A stretch of DNA of 64,000 bases from Macrostomum lignano (taxonomy: Eukaryota). Shown piece after piece: positions 62,543 through 64,000 of the stretch. Within the stretch, counting starts at the first letter, position 1. Each line of letters opens with the position of its first letter. The notes beneath the pieces are model-generated. The model saw nothing but the letters and a program-made list of their open reading frames with translations, was not told the DNA's origin and did no database searches. The position numbers were made by a program, and so were the translations under genes. The stretch is from positions 124,001-188,000 of the forward strand of contig NIVC01000505.1 in assembly GCA_002269645.1 (NCBI GenBank). Reading direction: 5' to 3'.

Positions 62543-63240
62543 CTAGGAGTAGCATTCACATCCAGCAGTTTATCAACAATACTTGGCTCTTCAAGCCCTT
62601 GACCAACCAGAGCCAGCACAGAGAACATATTCCTAATCTGATGATAAAGAAAGGCCGTAGCTCGAACTCGGAACGCGAACATCTGATTATGATCTGATGC
62701 TTGACTGCAGTAATCAACAGGTTCAATATCGCACTCCATTACAGTTCGACAATAATTAGCCTGATCTGGGGAGAATTTTGAAAAATTCCTGAAATCGTGC
62801 TCCCCAACAAAGCGTTTACAGGCGTCTCGCATAGCTTCTATATTGAACGTTGACCGAGGAAAATGGTACAGGTATTCCCGGCCTTTACAGGCGAATCTGG
62901 CACTGAAATCTGGCGTCACAGGTGCCCAAGCCAGCACTCGCAGCTCGCGCGGCAGCACTCTATTAAGCGGACCAACAGGATCCAGTTCGTTAGCCTCCGT
63001 GTCCTCACTAGACGGAGGCGTTCGCCTCTTGCCAATGTCCGGTCCAGTGTCCGGTATGCAACCGGTGTTGCAGTCGGACAGTAGGCTGCGAATATTTAAC
63101 GATACAACATTAGCCAGGGCTGAGACGCCTTTGTCAGTTCGAGCGCAAGACACTAGATTGCAAGTGTCTATCGATTCGATTAATTGTACGCGTTTTAAAC
63201 CGTCGCACAAGCGGCCGAGTACCGTGTTGTCTGTGTTGTC
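62543..63240 (-). CDS. PUS3: PUS3/DEG1 catalytic exon (upstream exons lie beyond the window)
   Basis: TruA-family RTDKGVSA (catalytic Asp), LNRVLP..LRVLAWAPV..FSARF, HDFRNF, AFLYHQIR; acceptor GACCAG at 63241-63242, donor GTGAGT; phase 2 joins the last exon. Confidence 0.92.
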
Positions 63241-63344
63241 CTGGTCAGGGGGGTAGTGATTAGTCATTTATTTGTGTGTCTACGACTCTACGTAAACATT
63301 TTCAACCTTGATCGTCTAAATATACTCTTAACTGTGTTTATAAA

Positions 63345-64000
63345 TTGTTTGTGCCCTCCTTGGACACCCGGTGTCTGATTGTGCCCTCCAGCGACACCTA
63401 CTGTTGTGCCCTCCAGCGACACTTAGTGTCTGATTGTGCCCTCCTTGGACACCAAGTGTCTGATTGTGCCCTCCTTGGACACCCAGTGTCTGATTGTGCC
63501 CTCCAGCGACACCTAGTGTTGTGCCCTCCAGCGACACTTAGTGTCTGATTGTGCCCTCCTTGGACACCCAGTGTCTGATTGTGCCCTCCTTGGACACCCA
63601 GTGTCTGATTGTGCCCTCCAGCGACACCTAGTGTTGTGCCCTCCAGCGACACTTAGTGTCTGATTGTGCCCTCCTTGGACACCTAGTGTCTGATTGTGCC
63701 CTCCTTGGACACCCAGTGTCTGATTGTGCCCTCCTTAGACACCTAGTGTCTGATTGTGCCCTCCTTAGACACCTAGTGTCTGATTGTGCCCTCCTTGAAC
63801 ACCCAGTGTCTGATTGTGCCCTCCTTGGACACCTAGTGTCTGATTGTGCCCTCCTTAGACACCTAGTGTCTGATTGTGCCCTCCTTAGACACCTAGTGTC
63901 TGATTGTGCCCTCCTTGAACACCCAGTGTCTGATTGTGCCCTCCTTGGACACCTAGTGTCTGATTGTGCCCTCCTTAGACACCTAGTGTCTGATTGTTCC
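63345..64000. repeat. 30-bp minisatellite GTGTCTGATTGTGCCCTCCTTGGACACCCA in a PUS3 intron
   Basis: Runs to the window end; unit junctions form a GACAC-NNN-GTGTC hairpin. Confidence 0.92.

Overview
Repeat-rich invertebrate (metazoan) genomic window. The coding style and minisatellite load resemble a flatworm such as Macrostomum, but that is only an inference. Positions 1-42 kb hold a minus-strand Caskin orthologue (ankyrin repeats, SH3, tandem SAM, Pro/Gln-rich tail). I traced 12 phase-consistent exons by hand, plus a likely alternative first exon. One Caskin intron contains a complete, very young 8.5-kb Ty3/Gypsy LTR retrotransposon with tRNA-Lys(UUU) PBS, gag, a -1 frameshift signal, PR-RT-RH-IN pol and a PPT. 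Between pol and the 3' LTR it carries an unexpected accessory cassette: a candidate internal promoter, an intact DnaJ/J-domain ORF (HPD motif) and a second orphan ORF. This is the best candidate for an undescribed system. At the right end are two exons of the tRNA pseudouridine synthase PUS3. Immediately downstream of PUS3 is a 4.5-kb DNA-transposon-like element (CCCGATGG termini, TTA target duplication, large inverted subterminal AGAGGCT arrays) that carries an intact coiled-coil + BEN-like ORF and a nested mariner remnant. The window also has an intronic tRNA-Ile with the atypical GAT anticodon, four CORE-type tRNA SINEs, a Tc1 remnant and many mini/microsatellites. All domain calls come from motif recognition by eye; no database or HMM search was run.
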